Below, piece after piece: positions 38,829 to 48,092 of a DNA stretch of 64,000 nt (its first letter is position 1; each line of letters opens with the position of its first letter). Below the pieces are notes generated by a model. That model was given only the letters and a program-made list of their open reading frames with translations. It did no database searches and had not been told where the DNA came from. Made by a program: the position numbers and the translations under genes. The DNA is from an uncultured Gammaproteobacteria bacterium (GTDB lineage Bacteria; Pseudomonadota; Gammaproteobacteria; UBA9214): NCBI GenBank assembly GCA_963748215.1, contig CAVVHS010000008.1, positions 1 to 64,000 of the forward strand, written 5' to 3'.

Positions 38829-39674
38829 CTACCACAGCAACCCGACCGCCCGCTTCCCCAGCACCTCTGCATCGAACACCACACGTGCCGGACCGCCGGC
38901 AATCCCGTAGCAAACGTGCAGCGGCAACAGGTGTTCCGCGCGCGGGTGGCAATAACGGGCATGCGGCGCCTGCTCCCACTCGACAAGACATTGCTCGCGT
39001 GCCTGTTCTGTCAGACCGGGGCCGGTACAGGTCTCGACCAGCCAGTCCTGGAAGGACTCGTTGTCCGTATCGGACGTGCCCGGCCGGCTGGTGAAAAAGG
39101 CGCGCATGTTGTGAAAGGAAAATCCGGACCCGACGACAAGCACGTTGCGCGCACGCAGCCCGGCCAGCGCCTTGCCCATGCGGATATGCAGACCTGCATC
39201 GAGGCCGCGCACCAGCGACAGCTGCAGGCAGGGAATCGCGGCTTCCGGGTACATGAGCCTGAGCGGCACGAATACACCGTGGTCGAAGCCGCGTGTCGCG
39301 TCCAGTTCCGCAGCGATACCGGCGTCCTGCAGTATGTCCCGGATATCCGCGGCCAGTGCCGGTGCGCCCGGCGCCGGGTACTCGATGCTGTAGGAGGCTT
39401 CAGGGAAACCGGTGTAGTCGTAGATCAGCGCCGGTCGTGCACCACCGGTAAGCGTCGGCACCTGTGCCTCCCAGTGCGCACTGATCACCAGGATGGCGTC
39501 GGGCTGGCCCAGCTCCGCGGCGATGGCGCCGAGAAAGCGCACCAGTCCCGCATGGTGCGGGTCGCCCAGCAACGGCAGCGGTCCACCGCCGTGCGGCAGG
39601 AATAAAACGGGGCTCGTCGGACTGGCAGCGCCAGGTTGCTTCATAAAAGGGGCCGGATACGTTTTCCGGTACAC
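38829..39674 (-). CDS. DODA-type extradiol ring-cleavage dioxygenase (LigB/YgiD family)
   Basis: HGGGP, ISAHWE, GFDHGVFVPL, GSGFSFHN, HPRAEHLLPL. Confidence 0.94.
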   Translation of the reverse strand: MYRKTYPAPFMKQPGAASPTSPVLFLPHGGGPLPLLGDPHHAGLVRFLGAIAAELGQPDAILVISAHWEAQVPTLTGGARPALIYDYTGFPEASYSIEYPAPGAPALAADIRDILQDAGIAAELDATRGFDHGVFVPLRLMYPEAAIPCLQLSLVRGLDAGLHIRMGKALAGLRARNVLVVGSGFSFHNMRAFFTSRPGTSDTDNESFQDWLVETCTGPGLTEQAREQCLVEWEQAPHARYCHPRAEHLLPLHVCYGIAGGPARVVFDAEVLGKRAVGLLW

Positions 39675-39713
39675 AATATCACCGGAAAACGTATCCGGCC
39701 CCTTATTGTACGA

Positions 39714-40151
39714 TCAGTCACACTTCGCGCTGATGAACTTGCCCTGCCAGGTATTCCGGATTTCCATATTCATGCCGTTGAAGGACATCGACATGACCAT
39801 CTCGCCGCTTGCGGTCTTGCCCTGCGACTCGAAATGCCCTTCGGCGTTCATGTCCGGCATGCCCTCGCCGGCACTGCAGGCCATTTTCCACGTCACCGAG
39901 TTGCCGTCGTCCTGCATATCCAGCATGCGGCATTCCTGGTTGTCGGTCATCATTTGCGAGGGATCGTAGCTGCCTTCCTCGATACATTCTACGCTCGTCC
40001 GGTTGACGGGCTGCCCGGTCATCGGGTTCTGGCTGGTGACACTCATCTCCCACTTGCCCGGCTCGAGTGTGACGGCGGCGGCAGGCAGCGCACACGCGAA
40101 CAGCAGGCAGCCCAGCAGCGTGCGCGGCGTATGTTTTGTACTGAACATCAT
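39714..40151 (-). CDS. DUF3617-family secreted protein
   Basis: Signal peptide, LEPGKWEM, ECI, VTWKMAC, C-terminal GKFISAKCD. Confidence 0.85.
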   Translation of the reverse strand: MMFSTKHTPRTLLGCLLFACALPAAAVTLEPGKWEMSVTSQNPMTGQPVNRTSVECIEEGSYDPSQMMTDNQECRMLDMQDDGNSVTWKMACSAGEGMPDMNAEGHFESQGKTASGEMVMSMSFNGMNMEIRNTWQGKFISAKCD

Positions 40152-40232
40152 ATTGTTCTCCTCGGAATGGCTTGCCGAATCATGCAGTCCATTGTTTGCT
40201 TAACATGCCGCGTCCGTCGGCATGGCAGTGGA

Positions 40233-40673
40233 TCAATCGCACGCGGCCGCGATAAAACGGCCCTGCCATCGGCTTTGCTGCTGCATCTCCATACCGCCGA
40301 ATGACAGGGTCATGTTCAGTTCACCCCGGGCAGCCCTGCCCTGCGATACGAAGCGGCCGTCACCCTGCATCATCGGCATGCCGCCGCCGGCGGCAGCGCC
40401 GCAGGTCATGTGCCAGGTCACGGTATTGCCCCGCTCCTGCAGGTTGGTGACGTCGCACATGCCTTCCGCCATACCGGCAAGCTGCACCGGATCATGCTCG
40501 CGTTCGGGGATGCATTCGATGGTCGTACGCGACATCTGCGAGCCATTCATCGGGTTGAAACCATCGAACTGCATTTCCCACTTGCCCGGTTCCAGCTGGA
40601 TGGCCTGCACGCCAGCTGCGGCAAACAGCAGGCTGCCGCCAATCACCGCCTTGTACAAGATGTTCATATTCAT
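40233..40673 (-). CDS. DUF3617-family secreted protein (tandem paralog)
   Basis: LEPGKWEM, ECI, VTWHMTC, GRFIAAACD. Confidence 0.85.
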   Translation of the reverse strand: MNMNILYKAVIGGSLLFAAAGVQAIQLEPGKWEMQFDGFNPMNGSQMSRTTIECIPEREHDPVQLAGMAEGMCDVTNLQERGNTVTWHMTCGAAAGGGMPMMQGDGRFVSQGRAARGELNMTLSFGGMEMQQQSRWQGRFIAAACD

Positions 40674-40685
40674 ACCCTCTCCCTC

Positions 40686-41072
40686 TCAGTATTTCCTGCC
40701 CAGTAATTCGATTTGATAGCCGTCCGGGTCCTCGATGAACGCGATGATGGTGGTGCCGGCATTCATCGGCCCGGCCTCGCGGATAACCTTGCCACCGCGC
40801 GCCTGCAAATCCTCCACCGCCTTGTAGACATCGTCGACCTCTATCGCGATATGTCCGAAGCCCTCGCCGAGATCGTATGCTTCGGTGTCCCAGTTATAGG
40901 TCAGCTCGAGGACCGTATTGTCCCGCTCGTCACCGTAGCCGACGAAGGCCAGCGTGAACTTGCCGTCCGGATACTCTTTCTGCCGCAGCAGGCGCATGCC
41001 CAGCACATGGGTATAGAAATCGATGGAACGCTGCAGGTTCCCGACCCGCAGCATGGTGTGTAACAGTCGCAT
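40686..41072 (-). CDS. gloA: Lactoylglutathione lyase (glyoxalase I)
   Basis: [34 protein letters not shown]. Confidence 0.98.
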   Translation of the reverse strand: MRLLHTMLRVGNLQRSIDFYTHVLGMRLLRQKEYPDGKFTLAFVGYGDERDNTVLELTYNWDTEAYDLGEGFGHIAIEVDDVYKAVEDLQARGGKVIREAGPMNAGTTIIAFIEDPDGYQIELLGRKY

Positions 41073-41182
41073 GATTCGACCCTCCGGTTAACAGGTGGTT
41101 CAGCGCACGGCCAGCTTGAACGCGCGGCGCGGCAGCAGGGTGATCAGACGGTAGCACATGATGGCATCGGGTTAGAAATAAT

Positions 41183-41477
41183 CGGCCATGGAACCACACG
41201 GAATGCATTTGCGGGAACAAGCGCAGAGACCACGTTGATCAACCCGGGTTCCGCGGCCTTTGCCTTAAAAAACAGCCGCGGGAATATCTGGAATGTATTT
41301 GATTTTTCCGTGTTCTTTGGTGGATTCCGTGGCGAATTCAACGAATAAACAGCCACGGAAGCACACGGAAAAATTTTCCTTTCCATATTTTTTCGTTGAC
41401 CTCAAACAATATCCACGGACGCACCTGGAACGACTTTATTTTCCTTCCGTGTCATTCCGTGTGGTTCCGTGGCCATT
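41183..41477. repeat. Two inverted GCCACGGAA/TTCCGTGGC repeat elements
   Basis: CCACACGGAA...GGATTCCGTGGC followed by GCCACGGAAGCACACGGAA...TTCCGTGTCATTCCGTGTGGTTCCGTGGCCAT. Confidence 0.8.
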
Positions 41478-41519
41478 ACCGTGTATGCACAAAAATATGG
41501 CCCGTTTTCGGCTACCGGT

Positions 41520-42737
41520 TTACTTGCGCCTCTTGCGGTTGGCCGCGATGCGCATGCGCAGGGCGTTGAGCTTGATGAAGCCTTCCGCGTCTTTCTGGTT
41601 GTAGGCGCCGGCATCGTCCTCGAAAGTCGCGATGCGCTCGTCGAACAGGCTGTCGCTGTCGGACTTGCGCCCGACCAGGACAACGTTGCCCTTGTAGAGC
41701 TTGAGCCGCACCGTGCCGTTAACGTGTTCCTGCGAGGCATCGATGAGTTCCTGCAGCAGGCGGCGCTCGGGGCTCCACCAGTAACCGTTGTAGATCAGGC
41801 TGGCATAGCGCGGCATCAGGTCGTCCTTCAGATGTGCCGCCTCGCGGTCCAGCGTCAGTGATTCGATGGCACGGTGGGCCTTCAGCAGGATGGTGCCGGC
41901 CGGGGTTTCGTAACAGCCGCGCGACTTCATGCCGACATAGCGGTTCTCGACGATGTCCGTGCGCCCGACACCGTTTGCCCCGCCCACCTTGTTGAGAATC
42001 TCCATGACCCGGCCCGGGCTGCTTGACTTGCCGTCGACGGCCACGGCATCACCGCGCTCGAAGGTGATCTCGACATAGGTCGGCGTATCCGGCGCCTTCT
42101 CGGGCGATACGCTCCACAGCCACATATCCTCTTCCGGCTCCGCCCACGGATCTTCCAGGATGCCGCCCTCGTAGGAGATATGCAGCGAATTGGCGTCCAT
42201 GGAGTACGGACTCTTCTTGCCTTGCTTGTGCTCGACGGGGATGCCGTGCTGTTCGGCATAGGCCAGCAGCGTCTCGCGCGAGGTCAGGTCCCATTCGCGC
42301 CACGGTGCGATGATCCTGATATCGGGATTGAGGGCGTAGGCGCCGAGTTCGAAGCGCACCTGGTCGTTACCCTTGCCGGTCGCGCCATGCGCGATGGCGT
42401 CGGCGCCGGTCTCGTGCGCGATTTCCACCAGGCGCTTGGCGATCAGCGGGCGCGCGATGGAGGTACCGAGCAGGTACTCGCCCTCGTAGAGGGTGTTGGC
42501 GCGGAACATCGGGAACACGAAATCGCGCGCGAATTCCTCGCGCAGTGTCTCGATATAGATCTCCTTGACGCCCATGGCCTTGGCCTTGGCGCGCGCCGGC
42601 TCGATCTCCTCGCCCTGGCCGATGTCGGCGGTGAAGGTCACCACTTCGCAGCCGTAGGTCTCCTCCAGCCACTTGAGGATGACGGAGGTATCCAGCCCGC
42701 CCGAGTAGGCGAGTACAACTTTTTTTATGTCAGACAT
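41520..42737 (-). CDS. argG: Argininosuccinate synthase
   Basis: [33 protein letters not shown]. Confidence 0.99.
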   Translation of the reverse strand: MSDIKKVVLAYSGGLDTSVILKWLEETYGCEVVTFTADIGQGEEIEPARAKAKAMGVKEIYIETLREEFARDFVFPMFRANTLYEGEYLLGTSIARPLIAKRLVEIAHETGADAIAHGATGKGNDQVRFELGAYALNPDIRIIAPWREWDLTSRETLLAYAEQHGIPVEHKQGKKSPYSMDANSLHISYEGGILEDPWAEPEEDMWLWSVSPEKAPDTPTYVEITFERGDAVAVDGKSSSPGRVMEILNKVGGANGVGRTDIVENRYVGMKSRGCYETPAGTILLKAHRAIESLTLDREAAHLKDDLMPRYASLIYNGYWWSPERRLLQELIDASQEHVNGTVRLKLYKGNVVLVGRKSDSDSLFDERIATFEDDAGAYNQKDAEGFIKLNALRMRIAANRKRRK

Positions 42738-42758
42738 TCCACTGTAACCCTTTTAACG

Positions 42759-43085
42759 CCCTCTCCCTAAGGGAGGGGTTGGGGAGAGGGGATAGAATAC
42801 AGGACGCTGGCCTGTTCAAACTCCCTCAACCCCCGCCTGCGCGGGGGCAGGCCTGGCCTTCTCCCGGCGTACCCAAAAAGGCGGGTATTAAGGAGGAGGA
42901 ATTCTTTTAAGCTCACGGTGCGCAGAGCGCACCCTACACCCCCTCTCCCCCGGGAGAGGGTTGGGGAGAGGGGATAGAATACAGGACGCTGGCCTGTTCA
43001 AACTCCCTCATCCCCCGCCTGCCCGGGGGCAGGCCTGGCCTTCTCCCGGCGTACCCGAATAACGGGCAAATGGAGAAGGAATTCT
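42759..43085. repeat. Tandem duplication (~182-bp period) of a CCCTCTCCC/GGGAGAGGG palindromic element with nested repeats
   Basis: Two near-identical copies starting at 42759 and 42941, each containing CCCCCGCCTGC(G/C)CGGGGGCAGG, separated by the REP half CGGTGCGCAGAGCGCACCCTAC. Confidence 0.85.
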
Positions 43086-43131
43086 CTGTTCACGTTCTTG
43101 CCTGTTTCCACACAGGAAAGCTATCCGACTG

Positions 43132-45792
43132 TCACGCCGTTGTCTTTTTCGTGCTGCGGCGCAGGCGCGACAGCAGGCGCCGCGCCAGGTCACCGAACAG
43201 TTCGGTCTGGGTCGGGTGCGGATGGATCGCCTCGCCCACCTGCTCCAGGGTCAGTCGGCCTGCCACCATCATCACTGCCTCGCCGATCAGGGTGTCGGCA
43301 TGGTCGGCGAGGAAATGCACGCCGACCACCCGGTGCGTAGTCTTGTCCGCGACGAGCTTGATCATGCCATGCGTCTCGTGGTTGATCATCGCCTTGGCAT
43401 CGATGTTCATCGGCACCTTCACCTCTGCGACATCCATGCCCTTCGCCTTCGCCTGATCGACAGACAGGCCGACGAACGCGGCCTGCGGGCGCGAGAAGAT
43501 CACGCCGCAATCCCGGTCCTGATCGTATTGCATATTCTCGCCGAGGATGGTCGCGGCTGAGACGCGCCCCTGCTGCGCGGCGGTATGCGCCAGCATCAGG
43601 CCACCGATGACGTCGCCGACGGCGAAGATGTGCGGCACACTGGTGCGGCAGCGGCTGTCGGCGGTGACGATGCTGCGTTCGCTGGCAACACCGGCTGCCT
43701 CCAGGTTGAGCCCGCCCAGCACCGGTCGCTTGCCGGTCGCCATGATGACGCAGTCCACGGACAGGTTACGCGAGTTGCCGTCGCTGTCGGTACAGCTCAC
43801 CTTCATCGCACCGGGCGTGCCGCTGATCTTGTTCACGGCGGCACCGGTCAGCACTTCGAGGCGCGGCTCGGCGACCAGGATCCCGGTCAGGGCCTTGGCG
43901 ATCTCCGGCTCGACCTCGGCCAGGATGCGCGGCTGCGCCTCGAGCAGCGTGACCTTGGCGCCGAAGTCTTGGAAGATCTGCGCCATCTCGACACCGATGG
44001 CACCGCCGCCGATGACGGCGAGTTTTTTCGGCGGCGCGTCCAGCGTCCACACCGTGTCCGAGGTGAGCACGCCGCCGTTATCCAGGCCTTCCTGCGCGCC
44101 GGGGATCGGCGGCACGAACGGCGGTGCGCCGGTGGCGATCACGGCGGCGCCGAAGCTGATGCTGCGGGCGGCCGGTGCCGTCGGCGCAGCGGTACGATTG
44201 TGCGGATCGTCGCTGTTGGTCGAGGTATTGATCGCCAGCGTGTGCGCGTCCACGAACTGGCCAAAGCCCTGGATGTAGTCGATGCGCACACCCTTGTCGG
44301 TCTTCAACGCCATCTCGCCGCGCGTCTCCAGCACCTGGCGGCGATGGGCCTCGAGGTCCTTCCACACCAGCTTCGCCTTGTTGGTGCCGGTGACACCGAG
44401 GAGAGCGTCTTCCGCGCGGTCGCGCATGCGGTCGGCCGCGGCACGCCAGGCCTTGGACGGGATACAACCGCGCCACAGGCATTCGCCACCGGGGAACGGC
44501 GCGTCGTTGATCAGTGCGACCTTCAGCTTGTGCCCGGCCAGGTCACGCGCACAGTCCTCGCCACCCGGGCCGCCGCCGACCACGACCACGTCGTAGTCCC
44601 AGTCGCCTTCCGGTATGGCCGGTCCGCCCGGCCCCATCCAGTCACCGGGCTGCTGCACGAATTCCTTCAGCGTCTGCAGGAACAGCGCCACATCGGCGCC
44701 GTTGATTACGCGGTGATCGGCAGTAACGGTAAAGGCGCTGCCCTTGTCGGTGTTCGATGCAATGGCCAGGATCGCGGCCAGTCCCGGCGTGGCAATGGCG
44801 TCGAAGTGGCTGACGTCGAACATGCCCATGTTGGAAATCTGGAACGTCGCGCCGGTGAATTCCTCCAGGTTGAGGTGACGGGTGCGTGCCCGCGCCACCA
44901 GGTCTTTCCAGTCCGTGTTCAGTTCGGCGAGTTCGCGCGACTCGCAGCCGCGCAGGATCGGCACTACCAGCCCGCCGTCGTCGGCGGCCACCGCCATGCC
45001 GATATCGACCTGGCTGCGCTCGATCAGCTTGTCATCCGGCTGGTAACACCAGTTGATCTTGGGATGCCTGGTGATGGCCAGCCCGCAGGCCCGTGCGATC
45101 GCCACTGTCACCGACACACCGGCCGATTTGGCCTCGGCCATCAGCGCCTCGAGGTGGATGTGCGTGGTTACGCGGAAGGTCGGCATGGAAATCGAGGACG
45201 CCATGGCGCGCGCGATCGCCTTTTCCATCGATTTCATCGGCCGGCCATTGCCGGGCACGGCCATCTCGAACGGCGCCGGCGCACGCTGTATATCGGCGGC
45301 CGTCACCACGCCGCCCGGACCCGATCCGCTCAGTCGATCGATGTCGGTACCGGCTTGTGCAGCCAGCCGGCGTGCCAGCGGCGAAGCCTTGTTGCCCTGC
45401 GGGCGCGGCGCCGGCGCGGCGCCCGTGGCGGCAGGCACAGCCGCTGCCGGTGTGGGTGCCGCGGCCGGTTGTGCTGCCGCCGCAGGTGCCGATGCCGGCT
45501 GCGCGCCAGCCGCGGCGGGTTTTGCCGTGCTGGCATCGACGTCGGATTTCGATTCCACCAGGTAGCCGATCGCGTGGGTCACCGGCACCACGGCATCCAC
45601 CGGGGCCAGCGGTCCGGACAGGTAGCCGTCGCGGAACACCTCGACGTCCATGACGGCCTTGTCGGTCTCGACCGTGGCGACGATGTCGCCGCGCTTGACC
45701 GCGTCGCCGATGTTCTTTTCCCAGCTGACAATGACACCTTCCGTCATGGTGTCGGACAACTGGGGCATCTTGATTACATAGGGTTCAGCCAT
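43132..45792 (-). CDS. pdhC: Fused dihydrolipoamide acetyltransferase-dihydrolipoamide dehydrogenase (E2-E3) of pyruvate dehydrogenase
   Basis: Lipoyl VETDKA, Ala/Pro linker, E3-binding ASPLARRLA, E2 core DHRVING, then GGGPGG, GGECLWRGCIPSK, GGGAIG, HPHPTQTE. Confidence 0.93.
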   Translation of the reverse strand: MAEPYVIKMPQLSDTMTEGVIVSWEKNIGDAVKRGDIVATVETDKAVMDVEVFRDGYLSGPLAPVDAVVPVTHAIGYLVESKSDVDASTAKPAAAGAQPASAPAAAAQPAAAPTPAAAVPAATGAAPAPRPQGNKASPLARRLAAQAGTDIDRLSGSGPGGVVTAADIQRAPAPFEMAVPGNGRPMKSMEKAIARAMASSISMPTFRVTTHIHLEALMAEAKSAGVSVTVAIARACGLAITRHPKINWCYQPDDKLIERSQVDIGMAVAADDGGLVVPILRGCESRELAELNTDWKDLVARARTRHLNLEEFTGATFQISNMGMFDVSHFDAIATPGLAAILAIASNTDKGSAFTVTADHRVINGADVALFLQTLKEFVQQPGDWMGPGGPAIPEGDWDYDVVVVGGGPGGEDCARDLAGHKLKVALINDAPFPGGECLWRGCIPSKAWRAAADRMRDRAEDALLGVTGTNKAKLVWKDLEAHRRQVLETRGEMALKTDKGVRIDYIQGFGQFVDAHTLAINTSTNSDDPHNRTAAPTAPAARSISFGAAVIATGAPPFVPPIPGAQEGLDNGGVLTSDTVWTLDAPPKKLAVIGGGAIGVEMAQIFQDFGAKVTLLEAQPRILAEVEPEIAKALTGILVAEPRLEVLTGAAVNKISGTPGAMKVSCTDSDGNSRNLSVDCVIMATGKRPVLGGLNLEAAGVASERSIVTADSRCRTSVPHIFAVGDVIGGLMLAHTAAQQGRVSAATILGENMQYDQDRDCGVIFSRPQAAFVGLSVDQAKAKGMDVAEVKVPMNIDAKAMINHETHGMIKLVADKTTHRVVGVHFLADHADTLIGEAVMMVAGRLTLEQVGEAIHPHPTQTELFGDLARRLLSRLRRSTKKTTA

Positions 45793-45814
45793 GGTTTTCC
45801 ATTCAGAAAAATTC

Positions 45815-45960
45815 AGCCACAGAGCGCGCAGAAAATTAACAATTCGCGGACGCGGTCCGCTCCTACAGGAACGTTAACAGGCGTAGGAGCGCATCTCATG
45901 CGCGATGAATCCAGGCAAAGCCTGGTTCAGCTTTAATTTCCTCTGTGTACTCTGTGGCAA
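45815..45960. repeat. GCCACAGAG/CTCTGTGGC inverted element enclosing a GTAGGAGCG REP doublet
   Basis: GCCACAGAGCGCGCAGA...CGCTCCTAC...GTAGGAGCG...CTCTGTGTACTCTGTGGC between pdhB and pdhC. Confidence 0.78.
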
Positions 45961-45976
45961 TGTGTTTTGAAATACC

Positions 45977-46957
45977 CTAAATACCGAGCATCTTGCGCAC
46001 GGCCTCGACCACGTCGTTCTCATCGGGCAGCGCGGCCTTTTCCAGGGCGTGGTTGTAGGGAATCGGCACGTTCAGTGCGGACACCCGCACCGGCGCGGCA
46101 TCCAGCTCGAAGAAGCATTCCTCGTTGATGATCGCCATGACCTCGGCGCCGACGCCGACGGCGGGCTCGGCCTCCTCGACGATCACCGCGCGGTGGGTCT
46201 TGCTCACCGAGTTACGGATACCGGCGCGGTCCAGCGGGCTCAGCGCGAACAGGTCGACGACCTCGGCCTCGATGCCGTGGTGCTGCGACAGCAGCTCGGC
46301 GGCCTTCATGCACCAGTGCACGGAAATGTTGTAGCCGAACAGCGTGACGTCGCGGCCCTCGCGGGCGACCTCGGAGCCTTCCAGGGGGTGGAAATATTCC
46401 TCCTCCGGTACCTCGCCCTTCATGTTGTACATGAGTTCGTGTTCGTTGATGAACACCGGGTCGTTGCAGCGCACGGCGGATTTCAGCAGGCCATAGGCCT
46501 GGCGCGGGCTGGACGGCGTCACCACGCGCAGGCCGGCGATGCCCATGAACACCTTTTCCATGCGCGCGGAATGCTGCGAACCGAGCTGGTGGGCGGTGCC
46601 GCCCGGGGAACGCACCACGATCGGCGCCGTCAGCTGGCCGCCCGACATGTAGCGCACCTTGGCGGCCGTGTTGAAAATCTGGTCCATGGCCAGCCAGGAA
46701 AAGTTCACCGACATGATTTCGATGATCGGCCGCACACCGAGGAAGGAGGCGCCGATACCCAGGCCGGTATAACCGTTCTCCGAAATCGGCGTGTCGATAA
46801 TGCGTTTCTCGCCGTATTTTTCGTACAGGCCCAGCGTCGCCTTGTAGGTACCGCCCACCACGCCGATGTCCTCGCCCATCGCGATCACCATCGGGTCATT
46901 GGCCAGTTCTTCATCATGGGCGCGCCGGATCGCCTCCCAGTACATAATCTCGGCCAT
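45977..46957 (-). CDS. pdhB: Pyruvate dehydrogenase E1 beta subunit
   Basis: GEDIG, DTPISE, RPIIEIM, QLGSQHS, ELDAAPVRV. Confidence 0.95.
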   Translation of the reverse strand: MAEIMYWEAIRRAHDEELANDPMVIAMGEDIGVVGGTYKATLGLYEKYGEKRIIDTPISENGYTGLGIGASFLGVRPIIEIMSVNFSWLAMDQIFNTAAKVRYMSGGQLTAPIVVRSPGGTAHQLGSQHSARMEKVFMGIAGLRVVTPSSPRQAYGLLKSAVRCNDPVFINEHELMYNMKGEVPEEEYFHPLEGSEVAREGRDVTLFGYNISVHWCMKAAELLSQHHGIEAEVVDLFALSPLDRAGIRNSVSKTHRAVIVEEAEPAVGVGAEVMAIINEECFFELDAAPVRVSALNVPIPYNHALEKAALPDENDVVEAVRKMLGI

Positions 46958-47949
46958 TACGCTGTCCCGCCCCTGACCCACGGGTCATTCTCTGCAAGGA
47001 CGTATTTCCCGACGTCGGCGATGTGCGGCTCGGGCGATTCCGTGGCGAAGCGGATCACCTCGTCCTCGATCTCGTCCAGTATTTCGGTATCCATGTCCTT
47101 GAATTCCTTCAGCGTCAGCTTGCCGGCCTCGATCAGGCGGTCGCGCAGCATGATGACCGGGTCGCGCTTGCTCCACATGCGCTCCTCGGTCTTGGCCCGG
47201 TAGGCGTTGGAGTCGGACATGGAATGACCGCGGTAGCGGTAGGTCATCAGTTCCAGGAAGTACGGGCCCTTGCCGCCGCGCACGTGTTTGACTGCCTTGA
47301 CCGCGGCCTTGTGCACCAGCTCGACGTCCTGGCCATTCACCTGCGCCGAGGGAATGTTGTAGGCAGCGACACGCTTGTACTGGTCAATCACCGCGGTGGA
47401 GCGTTCGATGCGCGTGCCGATGCCATACAGGTTGTTCTCGCACACGTAGAGCACGGGCAGGTTCCACAGCGCGGCCATGTTCAGCGACTCGTGGAAGGTG
47501 CCCTGGTTGTTGGCCGCGTCGCCGAGGAAACAGATGCAGATCTCGTCGCCACCCTGCATCTGGATGGCCTTGGCAATGCCGGCCGCCAGCGGGAACGGTC
47601 CGCCGACCAGCGCGTAGCCGCCCATGAAGCGGTGCTTGACGTCGAAGATGTGCATGGAGCCGCCGCGTCCCTTGCTGACGCCGGTCTCCTTGGAAAACAG
47701 TTCCGCCATCACCGCGCGCGGGTCCGAGCCGGCCTTGATGGCATGCACGTGGTCACGGTAGCTGGTGATGACGTAGTCGTGACCGACCCGGGCGGCTTCC
47801 AGTACGCCGTGGGCGCAGGCCTCTTCACCCGGATACAGGTGCAGGAACCCGCCGATGTTGCGTTCGACGTAGGCCTCGTAGCAGCGCTCCTCGAAGCGGC
47901 GCGCGAACAGCATTTCCCGTAGCAGGCGTATTTTATCGGCGTCTTTCAT
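46957..47949 (-). CDS. pdhA: Pyruvate dehydrogenase E1 alpha subunit
   Basis: GFLHLYPGEEA, GRGGSMH, GDAANNQG...CENN (TPP motif), TYRYRGHSMSD. Confidence 0.95.
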   Translation of the reverse strand: MKDADKIRLLREMLFARRFEERCYEAYVERNIGGFLHLYPGEEACAHGVLEAARVGHDYVITSYRDHVHAIKAGSDPRAVMAELFSKETGVSKGRGGSMHIFDVKHRFMGGYALVGGPFPLAAGIAKAIQMQGGDEICICFLGDAANNQGTFHESLNMAALWNLPVLYVCENNLYGIGTRIERSTAVIDQYKRVAAYNIPSAQVNGQDVELVHKAAVKAVKHVRGGKGPYFLELMTYRYRGHSMSDSNAYRAKTEERMWSKRDPVIMLRDRLIEAGKLTLKEFKDMDTEILDEIEDEVIRFATESPEPHIADVGKYVLAENDPWVRGGTA

Positions 47950-48092
47950 ACGATGGCAGTTAGCGTCGGATTTCCGGCACCCTCTTTCCCAGGCAGCTTG
48001 TGCAGGTCGATGGCAGGTTTCACTATCCGGTGGTATCGCCATCCCCCTGAATTCAAAGGGGACAGTGGTATCAGAAACCCGGCAAGCGCGAT

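Noticed and set aside
43585-45936. 783-aa plus-strand ORF and many other long antisense ORFs (e.g. 3668-5056, 55437-56972, 47946-49724)
   Set aside because: Shadow frames of high-GC genes with clear protein motifs on the opposite strand
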